A stretch of 64,000 nt of DNA from assembly GCA_965216755.1 (NCBI GenBank), contig CBDCGL010000011.1, forward strand, positions 1,408,001 through 1,472,000, read 5' to 3'. The translations under genes were made by a program, and so were the position numbers. Positions 9,951 through 20,700 of this stretch are shown here, one piece after another (within the stretch, counting starts at the first letter, position 1; the number at the start of each line of letters is the position of its first letter). Below the pieces are notes generated by a model. It worked only from the letters and a program-made list of their open reading frames with translations, was not told the origin of the DNA and did no database searches. The DNA is from Alphaproteobacteria bacterium (lineage in GTDB: Bacteria > Pseudomonadota > Alphaproteobacteria > UBA7887).

Positions 9951-10936
9951 GGCTTGCCCGTGACAGTGCCCCAGACTTCGCCGGCGGTCCATGCCATGAG
10001 CAAGAGCGCAGCCAGAGGGGCAACCTGGACGTAGCGTGTGAGGCGACCCTTGCGCCATTGTGTCAACCCGTGCCGAAGAAGCAGCAGCGGCGGAATGACC
10101 GGGCCGGCAAAACTGTACGCGGCGCGCTTGAGAGGGCTCATATGGGCGGCGCGGATGTGACCGAACAACCGTCCCCAATGAAAGCGCTCCGGCAATAGAA
10201 CGCCAAGTGTTGCGGGCGGCCGTTTGTGCTCGACAACAAGTTCCGCCGACAAATACAGGGTCTCGCCGCGTTCGAGTAATGCCCAATGGACGACCGGTTC
10301 ACGGAACCTGTCTCTCCACAGCGGGCGGGTCGCCTCAAGAATTGACCGTTTGTAAGTCACGTTCACGTCGCTGACCCAACTTACCGGACCACTGTCGAAG
10401 GGCAATCCGTAGCGCCCAAAATCGCAGACATAAAATGCCCAGTTCAAACGATCACCAGGAGCGCACTCGATGGCACCACCGATCACGCCATAGGGTTCGC
10501 CGTGCAGGCGAACGACCGTCCGGGCCCAATCAGGTCGCGGCGCGCCCCGATCCTCAAGGATGGCGATCAAGTCACCTTTTGCAGCCGCCAACCCGGCTGA
10601 CCGCCGCCGGTCGTAAAGCTCGTGCTGGCCAGCCGCCGTCTCAATTGGCCGCGCCGGCGTGATCGTGCCCAAGTCCAAGAAACGCACATCCGGAAAGTCC
10701 GACTGAAGCGCCACCACGTCTGACACACTGGAATCATAGGGCAAGACAATGTCGAGCGGCGGCGGATCGACCTGGGCCACCACGGCATCGAGAAACCGCC
10801 GCATCACGGCGCCCCCGTCGACCAGTGTCACCACAATGCTGAGCAGCGGGTTGCCCACGCGATGCCCCGGCCGCTCTTTTGGCAGAGAATCTGGCTTGTC
10901 ACCGTCGTCATGTGGCGCAACGACATTCTCGGTCAT
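9947..10936 (-). CDS. glycosyltransferase family 2 protein
   Basis: LSIVV N-terminal strand, GLAAAKGDLIAILED GT-A region, C-terminal hydrophobic helices; ATGA overlaps on both sides. Confidence 0.75.
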   Translation of the reverse strand: MTENVVAPHDDGDKPDSLPKERPGHRVGNPLLSIVVTLVDGGAVMRRFLDAVVAQVDPPPLDIVLPYDSSVSDVVALQSDFPDVRFLDLGTITPARPIETAAGQHELYDRRRSAGLAAAKGDLIAILEDRGAPRPDWARTVVRLHGEPYGVIGGAIECAPGDRLNWAFYVCDFGRYGLPFDSGPVSWVSDVNVTYKRSILEATRPLWRDRFREPVVHWALLERGETLYLSAELVVEHKRPPATLGVLLPERFHWGRLFGHIRAAHMSPLKRAAYSFAGPVIPPLLLLRHGLTQWRKGRLTRYVQVAPLAALLLMAWTAGEVWGTVTGKP

Positions 10937-11988
10937 GTAACCATGCGCCCCAGCGCCGGGAGATGAATCGCTTCTTTTGTTTCCGAACTGCGACGAACAG
11001 CTGCGGCGACCTCCACCGACCGCAGTCCGGCATAGCCATCGGCGAGCGGTACATCCAAGCGCCCGTTATGCACGGCAAGAAAGTCTCCTAACTCACCAGC
11101 GAAGGACAACAGCGCTGTTGAATGCCAACTCTTGAGCTTCTCCCGCACCATGATTTCCGGATAGAGCCGACGCCTGACCTTGGTGCGTCCGCCGGGGCGA
11201 TCCTGTGTGATGAGCAAGTTGCGCATCGGTGCATAGAAGCCACGGACCATGCCTAACGCGCCGTATGCTTCGACGTAGAAGCGATAGCCTTGCCATTCCG
11301 TCCAAGTGGCGTGATACGAAGCCGAAAGGCCTTCCGGGCTACGAAGAACCGCCATAGCGTTGTCTTCCGAACCGGACACTTGCCACACGGATTCGGACAT
11401 CATGCCATAGACCTCTGTGATCTCGCCCAAGAAATAACGGGCGAGATCGGTCATGTGAATGCCGACATCCATCATCGCGCCGCCGCCTGATTCCGGTGCC
11501 TTGTACTGCCAATCGATGCGGAACTTCGACAAGCCCTCGTGCCCCCCGAACACACGCAGGTGATCGAGCCGGCCGATCACGCCTTGATCGATGGTCTCCT
11601 TGATAAACCGGATCGCCGGGTAATAGCGTAGGTTGAAGCCGACCGCCAACACGCGCTTGGCCGCCAAGGCCGCGTCAACAATGCGCCGACAACCTTCGAC
11701 AGTATTGGACAACGGCTTTTCACACAGCACGCTGCGCCCACGTTGCAACGCACCGATACACGCAGCTTCGTGCACATGCGGCGGCGTCGACACGATCACT
11801 CCGTCCATGTCTAAGTCGAGGAATTTGTCGAGATCGGTGACGGCCGCCGCTTTCGTACCGGCGACCGCGCGAGCCGCCGCTTCTGCCGATACGTCCATCA
11901 CCGCGGCAAGCGTGGTCTCGGGATGGGCGCGCACCGACTGCGCGCGCAACTTGCCAATGACCCCCGCCCCTACAACGCCAATACGCAT
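10933..11988 (-). CDS. Gfo/Idh/MocA family oxidoreductase
   Basis: GVVGAGVIG, VLCEKP, GGGAMMDVGIH. Confidence 0.92.
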   Translation of the reverse strand: MRIGVVGAGVIGKLRAQSVRAHPETTLAAVMDVSAEAAARAVAGTKAAAVTDLDKFLDLDMDGVIVSTPPHVHEAACIGALQRGRSVLCEKPLSNTVEGCRRIVDAALAAKRVLAVGFNLRYYPAIRFIKETIDQGVIGRLDHLRVFGGHEGLSKFRIDWQYKAPESGGGAMMDVGIHMTDLARYFLGEITEVYGMMSESVWQVSGSEDNAMAVLRSPEGLSASYHATWTEWQGYRFYVEAYGALGMVRGFYAPMRNLLITQDRPGGRTKVRRRLYPEIMVREKLKSWHSTALLSFAGELGDFLAVHNGRLDVPLADGYAGLRSVEVAAAVRRSSETKEAIHLPALGRMVT

Positions 11989-12182
11989 AGCTTCGCCGTC
12001 AACACCCTTGTTCCACCGGTAGCCGCACCGAAACGGCTTTTAGCATGTTTACGGGAACTTATCAGACACGAGCCGGTTGTTCGTCGTGCTGCGGTGCGTG
12101 CCAACCGATGCGACACAGATCGGACATGCGGCGCTGCCATGCCGACGAAACGCACCGGCGATTGGTCAATGCTGGCCAAACG

Positions 12183-12199
12183 TCTGGTTTCGAACCAGA
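12183..12199. terminator. short perfect hairpin just downstream of the GT11 stop codon
   Basis: TCTGGTT-TCG-AACCAGA; no clear U-tract. Confidence 0.3.
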
Positions 12200-12201
12200 G
12201 A

Positions 12202-13125
12202 TCACTCCGAGTCGGGTAATCTCCCGGCGGCGTGTGTCGGATCGAGTGTTATAGTCGGCGTGCCGGTAAGCCACCTGCGAAACTCCGCGCCAAAGTGGCT
12301 CAGATGATCGACGTTGTGCGGGTACCGATAGAAAGGGATCCGCACCAGCGTCATGCCAGTCCGCAAAACCGGTCCAGGGATCTTCTGAAATCTGGGCTGA
12401 TCATGGGGAAACAAGCGTTCCGCCGGAATCTGGGCGTTGGGGAAAAATACAGTCAACGGATGCCAGTTATAGATCTCCGGATAAATGACTTGGTCCGCGT
12501 TTGACAGCATGGCGGCCCACCACGAAAACGAACTTGTCGACAGCATGATGTTCGAGGCTTGTCGGATGAACTCGAAGTCCGCCAGAGTTGATCCAGCAAC
12601 AATCGTCGCCCCGCGGCGGCGGACAAGTCGCTGGATGGGTGGGTGATCCGGCGCGTTTGTGACAACATATACTTTGTCCCAAGAGCGCCGATCGATGGCC
12701 GACTCGACAAGCCAAGATGGTAACACCTTCCAAGGCCGCCGGCGCCGCACATAGTCCCCCACGCGCCAATGCACAACCAGATGATTGTCGCCAACGGGCC
12801 CCGCGACGGACCGCCCTGGTCTAAACCAGGATCGGATTTTTGGTAAGGCCGGCCTGAGGTAGTCGTAAACCATAAACCAACCCTCAAGCACGATCTGTCG
12901 GCCGTGGTAGCGCCCCGCCCTAAGGCCAGCGAGATCAATCGTATGGCCGCCGAAAGTGACGGGATCGCGCTCATATTGCTGACCCGCGACAACATCATGC
13001 GTTCCCGGGAATCCCGATATAGCCGGGCATACGAGTGTATACCCAAGTTCCTCGGCAAGAAGTCGGCCAACGGCGTATTGGAACATCTGATTGCCCAATC
13101 CACCGGCCAAAACAACTCGGATCAT
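12202..13125 (-). CDS. glycosyltransferase family 11 (alpha-1,2-fucosyltransferase-like)
   Basis: GGLGNQMFQYA, HWRVGDY and SSFSWWAA, the three GT11 signature motifs. Confidence 0.88.
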   Translation of the reverse strand: MIRVVLAGGLGNQMFQYAVGRLLAEELGYTLVCPAISGFPGTHDVVAGQQYERDPVTFGGHTIDLAGLRAGRYHGRQIVLEGWFMVYDYLRPALPKIRSWFRPGRSVAGPVGDNHLVVHWRVGDYVRRRRPWKVLPSWLVESAIDRRSWDKVYVVTNAPDHPPIQRLVRRRGATIVAGSTLADFEFIRQASNIMLSTSSFSWWAAMLSNADQVIYPEIYNWHPLTVFFPNAQIPAERLFPHDQPRFQKIPGPVLRTGMTLVRIPFYRYPHNVDHLSHFGAEFRRWLTGTPTITLDPTHAAGRLPDSE

Positions 13126-13532
13126 TCAGAGCGACGGAACAATCTTGTTCCTTGACCAAGATGGTCACGAAAATGGCTCATATAAGGATGATCTCTCCGC
13201 CGTACATCACAAGATTGGCCGGCCACTCGGCAACACTTTTTTCGCTGCGGCATCCGCACCAGGTTTGGCCCAAAAAAGGATTGTGCACAACGACGTTTAT
13301 CGGGCGGCCCCCAACCTGTCGTGGAGGCGCCTATAGCTTACGATATTGTTGCGGCAGTCTGCTCAATCAACTGTACCGAAGGTCGGGCGCAGCCGCTTCC
13401 TTACCAGAATGGCCGAATCGGGATCAGTGACTGGTCCATGATCCGGCGAATGGCGCAACACCTGACGCCACATCGACAGTGTGGCATGATTTGGGATCCG
13501 CATTCTCAGGGTATTTCTTTTGAGGTCCCGCA

Positions 13533-14996
13533 ATGACGACCAAACCCCGCCTGCCGATAAAGCTCGATTCCACCACAAACGGCGAATACGCGCCCCTGCC
13601 CGTGTCGCGGATGGTTCGGAATGCAAATCGCTTGGCCGCGCAACGCATAGCGGACGCCGCACGCCGCACCGACATACCGCGACGGCGTTTCCTGGCTGGG
13701 TTGTGCGGCGCCGCGACAACATTGCTGACTCTCAATGAGGCGTTTGCGGCGCACGGCTTCAATGGCGGCAGGTTTCGAGTCCGCAAAGAGGGTACTTTTG
13801 ACCTTGCCGCCGCCGAAGATACGCTGGCCGGGAACGAGTTCATCTTCGACGTTCAAACTCATATGGTAAATCCGGCCGGCAAGTGGCGCGCAAATCACGG
13901 TAAGTATTGGGAGCAGATCTTGCCGCGTTTTCCGCAGGGCTCGTGCGGCAATGCAGATCCTGTCGATTGCTTCTCCGCAGACTATTACTTGGAGCACATC
14001 TTTGTTGACAGCGACACCGACCTGGCGGTGCTTAGCTTCGTGCCGGAAACCCCAGCAGGCAATCCGCTTGACATTCAAGAAGCCGACCGCGCGAGGACCC
14101 TTGTCAGTCAAATGGAAGACGGCGCCCATCGGCTGCTGTTGCATGGCATGGTCGTGCCCAACCTCCAACCCTATCGAGATCAACATGCCCTGATGGAAAC
14201 TGCTGTCCGCGATTGGCGAATCGCCGCGTGGAAAGTCTATACCCAATGGGGGCCCCAGCGCATGGGCTGGGAACTCGATGACCCAGAAATCGGCATTCCC
14301 TTCATCGAAAAGGCGCGCGAACTCGGCATTCGCAACATCTGCATTCACAAGGGCTTGTCGTTCAGTGGTTTTCCGAAACAGTTCGCCGGATGCGCCGATG
14401 TCGGTCGGGCCGCGCGCCGATACCCTGATATGAACTTTATCATCTACCACTCAGGCTTCGAACGGGGAACCAATGGCGGTGCCTACGATCCAAACAGTGG
14501 GGCGCTGGGTGTTGATAGTTTGATCAAGTCCCTGGACGACAACGACATTGCACCGAACAGCAATGTTTATGCTGAACTTGGCAGCACATGGCGTATCGTC
14601 ATGGCAAATCCCGATTTGGCCGCCCATACAATTGGTAAGTTGCTCAAGTATGTCGGCGAGGATCGGGTGCTGTGGGGAACCGATTCGATATGGTACGGCT
14701 CGCCTCAGGATCAAGTACAAGCCTTCAGAGCGTTCGAGATTGCTGATGAATTGCACGACGCCCACGGATATCCCGATTTGACGCCAGCCTTGAAGGCGAA
14801 AGTTTTTGGCGCCAATGGTGCTGCGGTTTATGGCGTTGACGCCCGCGAATTTGAGCAGCGTGCCGCGGTGGATGCGATAGCACGCCGTCGTCTCGCGGCG
14901 CGGGAGGATCCACACCCCAGTCTGGAAACGTTTGGCCCTAAAACCATGCGTGAATTCCGAGCGCTTCAAGCCGAACGAAAGGGCTTCCCGGTGTAG
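13533..14996 (+). CDS. amidohydrolase family protein with internal twin-arginine-like motif
   Basis: DVQTH, HKG, YHSG, WGTD metal-site motifs; RRRFL at about residue 50. Confidence 0.85.
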   Translation: MTTKPRLPIKLDSTTNGEYAPLPVSRMVRNANRLAAQRIADAARRTDIPRRRFLAGLCGAATTLLTLNEAFAAHGFNGGRFRVRKEGTFDLAAAEDTLAGNEFIFDVQTHMVNPAGKWRANHGKYWEQILPRFPQGSCGNADPVDCFSADYYLEHIFVDSDTDLAVLSFVPETPAGNPLDIQEADRARTLVSQMEDGAHRLLLHGMVVPNLQPYRDQHALMETAVRDWRIAAWKVYTQWGPQRMGWELDDPEIGIPFIEKARELGIRNICIHKGLSFSGFPKQFAGCADVGRAARRYPDMNFIIYHSGFERGTNGGAYDPNSGALGVDSLIKSLDDNDIAPNSNVYAELGSTWRIVMANPDLAAHTIGKLLKYVGEDRVLWGTDSIWYGSPQDQVQAFRAFEIADELHDAHGYPDLTPALKAKVFGANGAAVYGVDAREFEQRAAVDAIARRRLAAREDPHPSLETFGPKTMREFRALQAERKGFPV

Positions 14997-15009
14997 GCGC
15001 GAGGTTGTC

Positions 15010-16560
15010 TTGAACCTCGCTCTGTGGCTCGCGCGCGCGGCGCACCATCGTCCCGCGGCACCGGCATTGCTGACCGGCACCCGGTGCGACGCCGACTATG
15101 CGACGTTCGCACGCCGCGCATCTGCCATCGCCAACGAGCTGCGCGTCACATTTCGCATCCGACCGGGCGACCGCATCGGCCTGTTCATGCCCAACAGCAC
15201 GGCTTATTTAGAGGCTTTATTCGGTATCTGGTGGGCCGGCGCCGTCGCCGTTCCGATGAACGCGAAACTGCATCCGAAAGAAGCGGCATGGATTTGCACC
15301 GACGCCGGCTGCAAGCTCGTGTTTGTCTCAAATGAGAGTGGTGCCACGCTGGCCGGACAAAATATCGACCTACCCGACACTGTCACGCTCATCTCGGTCG
15401 ACGAACAGCCTTTTAGGCGGTGGCGGAACACGCCGAGCGGCGGACCACCACAGGAACGCGCCGGCGTTGATCTCGCCTGGCTGTTCTACACCTCCGGCAC
15501 CACCGGCCGGCCCAAGGGGGCGATGTTGACCTGGGCGAATTTGCAGGCCATGGCTCTGTGCTATTTCGCAGACGTGGCCTCGGTCGCCCCCACCGACGCG
15601 AGCCTGTATGCGGCGCCGATTTCACATGGTGCGGGCATGTATATGCTGCCCCATCTGCGTGCGGGGGCGCGCCATGTTGTGCCAGATTCTGAGGGCTTCG
15701 ACTCACAAGAGATTTTGGATTTGGCCAGCGAATTGCGCGACCTCTCCCTTTTCGCCGCACCGACCATGGTGCGTCGGCTTGTTGCCTGCGCCGCCACCTC
15801 AAGCGGGCGCGATGGCAGTGGCCTCAAAACGGTCGTCTATGGCGGCGGACCGATGTACTTGGCGGATATCGAGGAAGCCTTGAACACGTTGGGACCGCGC
15901 TTTGCCCAGATTTATGGCCAAGCCGAATCGCCAATGACCATAACCGCGCTGGCACGCCATTGGCATTCAGACACCAACAATCGGCGATATCGGGCCCGAT
16001 TGGCGTCTGTCGGAGTGCCAATGAGCGCTGTTCAAGTGCGTGTTGTCGACGCCGAGGACCGCGCGGTGCCACCCGGCGATGTTGGGACGATTATGGTCAA
16101 GGGTACAACAGTGATGGCCGGCTATTGGCGAAACCCCGACGCCACAGAGAGCACAATCCGAAGTGGTTGGCTCGATACCGGCGACGTCGGGGTCTTCGAC
16201 GAAGATGGTTTCTTGAGTTTGCGCGACCGATCCAAAGATATGATCATTTCAGGCGGAACGAATATTTATCCGCGCGAAATCGAGGAAGTTCTTCTACAGC
16301 ACGGTGATGTCGTCGAAGCTGCGGTTATTGGGCAACCGCATGAAGATTGGGGCGAAGAGGTTGTTGCGTGTCTCGTCCTCAAACCGGGACGGGTTCTCGA
16401 CGAAGTTGCGCTGGACAAGCTGTGCCTCGGCCATCTGGCCCGGTTTAAGCGGCCACGGCGGTACATGGCATTAGATAGCCTACCAAAAAACAATTATGGC
16501 AAGGTTCTAAAAACGGCGCTAAGACAGCGATTTGCTGCCCAGACTGGCCCGATCGACTAA
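15010..16560 (+). CDS. AMP-binding acyl-CoA synthetase
   Basis: YTSGTTGRPKG, YGQAE, TGD, RSKDMIISGG, LPKNNYGK; TTG start after GAGG. Confidence 0.92.
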   Translation: MNLALWLARAAHHRPAAPALLTGTRCDADYATFARRASAIANELRVTFRIRPGDRIGLFMPNSTAYLEALFGIWWAGAVAVPMNAKLHPKEAAWICTDAGCKLVFVSNESGATLAGQNIDLPDTVTLISVDEQPFRRWRNTPSGGPPQERAGVDLAWLFYTSGTTGRPKGAMLTWANLQAMALCYFADVASVAPTDASLYAAPISHGAGMYMLPHLRAGARHVVPDSEGFDSQEILDLASELRDLSLFAAPTMVRRLVACAATSSGRDGSGLKTVVYGGGPMYLADIEEALNTLGPRFAQIYGQAESPMTITALARHWHSDTNNRRYRARLASVGVPMSAVQVRVVDAEDRAVPPGDVGTIMVKGTTVMAGYWRNPDATESTIRSGWLDTGDVGVFDEDGFLSLRDRSKDMIISGGTNIYPREIEEVLLQHGDVVEAAVIGQPHEDWGEEVVACLVLKPGRVLDEVALDKLCLGHLARFKRPRRYMALDSLPKNNYGKVLKTALRQRFAAQTGPID

Positions 16561-16644
16561 CGCATGTTCGCCCGCGTGCGCGGCTGAATGAACGATCGCG
16601 AAGCTCAATGAAGCAACGATTTGCGAAATAGGGAGAACAGCACC

Positions 16645-17037
16645 ATGGCCAGACCTGACCAAGTGTTCCACCTGCGGGAGGCGGAGAAAGAGCTGGGTTT
16701 CGCGCAAGCCGTTAGGTCGTCTGGCCGGTTGTTTGTTTCAGGTACTTGTAGCCTGGACTTAGATAGCAACGTCATCGCCGCGAACGATATGCGGGGCCAG
16801 ATGACGCAGATCTATCGGTTGATTCAGACGAGCCTCGAAGCGCACGACCTGACCTTTCAGAACATTGTCAAAGAAACGATCTTCGTGACAGATATCGAAG
16901 CATTTCGCGAGGCCCTACCCGTGCGCGCCGAGTTCTACGCCAACGCGGCACCACCCGCCGCAACCTGGATCGAGGTGTCACGACTTATGCGGCCACAATT
17001 CCTGATAGAAATAGAAGTGACAGTAGAGGCATCATGA
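16645..17037 (+). CDS. RidA/YjgF family protein
   Basis: FAQAV, LFVSG, conserved Arg (VRAEFY), PAAT, LIEIE. Confidence 0.88.
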   Translation: MARPDQVFHLREAEKELGFAQAVRSSGRLFVSGTCSLDLDSNVIAANDMRGQMTQIYRLIQTSLEAHDLTFQNIVKETIFVTDIEAFREALPVRAEFYANAAPPAATWIEVSRLMRPQFLIEIEVTVEAS

Positions 17038-17069
17038 ATTAAATAGAGAACAACAATCGAATCGTTTTC

Positions 17070-17666
17070 TTGGAAAGAGAAAGTCTTACTATCGGTTCGA
17101 TTATTAGTTTATTTGATCATACGCGCTCGATACCTAACATATTCGGTACTGGCATACCATTTTGTCATGTGTTGATAACGAACTATTTCCGCCTTTATGT
17201 GGACGCTTCCGTAATCGGCAATGCCAGCATCGAACCCGCATTGTTTGAGCTTGAGATCACCGAAAGCGTTCTCATGAGCGACACGGCCCACACGCTCGAT
17301 ACGCTGTGCGCGTTGCAGGGCCTCGGCGTTAGAATTGCCATGCACGATTTCGGAACGGGTTACTCGTCGCTCAGCTATCTCAAGCTGTTCCCGTTTAATC
17401 GCTTAAAGATCGACCGGTCGTTCGTTCAGGAACTGAGTGACAACCCTGAAGCTGCGGCTTTTGTGCGCGCCATCGTTGCTCTGGGGCGCAGCCGCGACAT
17501 GCGGACAACGGCCGAAGGTGTCGAGACGGCGCCACAGCTTGAGTTTTTGCAACATGAGAATTGTGAAGAAGTGCAGGGCTATTTGTTCAGTCGGCCGGTG
17601 ACCAAGGACCAAATCGACATTTTCCTAGATAGCGATCCGAATAAACGACAAAAAATCGCGGTCTAA
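17070..17666 (+). pseudogene. truncated EAL-domain (c-di-GMP phosphodiesterase) fragment
   Basis: Only the C-terminal half of EAL is present (ELEITES, KIDRSF, AEGVE, QGYLFSRP); DDFGTG reads HDFGTG; the EAL motif itself is absent and the first ~45 codons are AT-rich with no EAL resemblance. Confidence 0.7.
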
Positions 17667-17728
17667 CAAGTATTCGGCAAACACCTTTCTCTGCATCGAC
17701 CATGGCGCCGGCCAAAAAATCAGGCCGC

Positions 17729-18922
<1,194 letters not shown>

Positions 18923-19089
18923 TCACTATATTGATGGCCGGGATTTCAAGCTCATCGGCCAGCGTCGTCTCTCAATCGTCAACGATAGACCCAACGACGT
19001 TGGGGCGCGACGTGAAATCCGACGCGTTTGCGGTCATACTACCGTGTTTGAAATGAAAAAGATGCGAGCGGACGGGAGGCCACTTTCAT

Positions 19090-20124
19090 ATGCGTCACTT
19101 ATTTGTCTTCGCGACGGCTGTCGGCATGATCATCTCGGCCGAAGGTTTTGCCGCCGAAGTGACATTGACCCTTCAACATTTTGCCTCGCCCAAGGCCCCT
19201 GCGCACGCGCGCTTTTTGGCACCATGGGCGGAGCGCATCCAAGCTGAATCCGACGGCCGCATCGAGGTCGAAATTTTCCCCTCCATGTCGTTAGGCGGCA
19301 AACCACCCGAGCTTTATAGCCAAGTTCGGGATGGTGTCGTCGACCTGATATGGACCGTCACAGCCTATACGCCGGGCGTTTTTCCGCGCGCCGAGGTATT
19401 CGAACTGCCAACGGTTCACCAAAGCAGCGCGGAGGCGACAAATCAAGCGATCCAAGATTTGTATGACGCGCATTTGGCGGCTGATTTTGCGGCGATACAT
19501 CCCATTCTGGTTCACGTCCATACGGGTCAAGCCATTCACATGGTCGACCGGCCGGTCAAGGCCATTGAAGACTTGGCCGGACTCAAGATTCGCATTCCCA
19601 GCCGTACCGGCGCCTGGCTGATCCAAGCCTGGGGCGCGGAGCCCGTCGGCATGCCGGTACCGGAGCTGCCCCAAGCCCTGTCCAAGGGCACGATCGACGG
19701 CACTTTGGTGCCTTACGAGATCGTCATCCCGCTTAAGGTCCACGAGATGACCCAGTATTCGGTCGAAGGACCAGGGGCGACCCGGTTTGGTACCGCAACG
19801 TTCCTGTTTGCGATGAACAAGGAGCGCTATGAGAGTCTGCCGGACGACCTAAAATCCGTCATTGACAACAACTCGGGTCGCGCGTTGGCAGCCGAGATCG
19901 GGCGCGTCTGGGATTCGATTGAACCAGACGGGCGCGCCCTGACTGCCGCAACCGGAAGTATAATTTCGGAACTTAGCTCCGACGCCATGGCCGCGTTTGA
20001 TGCACGCGCCGATGAGGTGGTTGCAAAGTGGATCGATGACGTGGCGACAGACGGCATTGATGGGGTGGCGCTGGTTGCTGCCGCACGGGCGGCGATCGCC
20101 AAATACGAAAAGAACTCAGACTAG
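19090..20124 (+). CDS. TRAP transporter substrate-binding protein (DctP family)
   Basis: Signal peptide, FPSMSLGGKP, DLAGLKIR, YTPGVFP. Confidence 0.92.
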   Translation: MRHLFVFATAVGMIISAEGFAAEVTLTLQHFASPKAPAHARFLAPWAERIQAESDGRIEVEIFPSMSLGGKPPELYSQVRDGVVDLIWTVTAYTPGVFPRAEVFELPTVHQSSAEATNQAIQDLYDAHLAADFAAIHPILVHVHTGQAIHMVDRPVKAIEDLAGLKIRIPSRTGAWLIQAWGAEPVGMPVPELPQALSKGTIDGTLVPYEIVIPLKVHEMTQYSVEGPGATRFGTATFLFAMNKERYESLPDDLKSVIDNNSGRALAAEIGRVWDSIEPDGRALTAATGSIISELSSDAMAAFDARADEVVAKWIDDVATDGIDGVALVAAARAAIAKYEKNSD

Positions 20125-20187
20125 CACCGCAGCCGATTCAATGGACCGATGCCAGCGTCCAACCGCCAACGCTTTCGGCCTGGGGCC

Positions 20188-20700
20188 ATGCAAACGCGGC
20201 TAGAACAAGTTATTTCGGCGTGGGCTATCGCAGGCGGCATCGTCTTACTTGTGATTGTCGGAGTAACCGCGTTCAATGTCAGCGCCTATGTGGCAGGGTC
20301 CTTGGCACGCCTTTGGGGCGGGACGGTCGGCGTTTTTGCTGGCTACGAGGATTTTATTCGTTATACGGTCGGCGCCGCCGCGCTCATGTTGTTCCCTTAC
20401 TGCGAACTGCGTGGCGGTCATGTTTCGGTCGATGTAGTGTTCGATCGCCTGCCGCGTTGGCTGCAGCGTGGCGCAGGCAACCTGGCGCGCATTGGCCAGC
20501 TTGCGCTTGTTCTGTTTCTTTTCTACTGGATCGCACACGGCATGATGGACGCCCGAGCCGACGGGCTGCAGTCGCCGGTTCTGGCCTGGGCCGAATGGCC
20601 TTTTTACTTGCCCGGACTCATGTCTCTGGTCTTGTGGGCGATCGCCGTGGCCTTGAACGCGATGTCGTTCCACCGTGGCGGGGGCGGTCGTCGTGGGTGA
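20188..20700 (+). CDS. TRAP transporter small permease (DctQ family)
   Basis: 4 TM helices, GGHVSVD motif, lies between dctP-like and dctM-like genes. Confidence 0.88.
   Translation: MQTRLEQVISAWAIAGGIVLLVIVGVTAFNVSAYVAGSLARLWGGTVGVFAGYEDFIRYTVGAAALMLFPYCELRGGHVSVDVVFDRLPRWLQRGAGNLARIGQLALVLFLFYWIAHGMMDARADGLQSPVLAWAEWPFYLPGLMSLVLWAIAVALNAMSFHRGGGGRRG

Noticed and set aside
13506-14450. Long antisense or alternative-frame ORFs (also 22987-23934, 38352-39167, 45686-46651)
   Set aside because: They overlap genes with clear family motifs and have none of their own; expected shadow ORFs in GC-rich DNA
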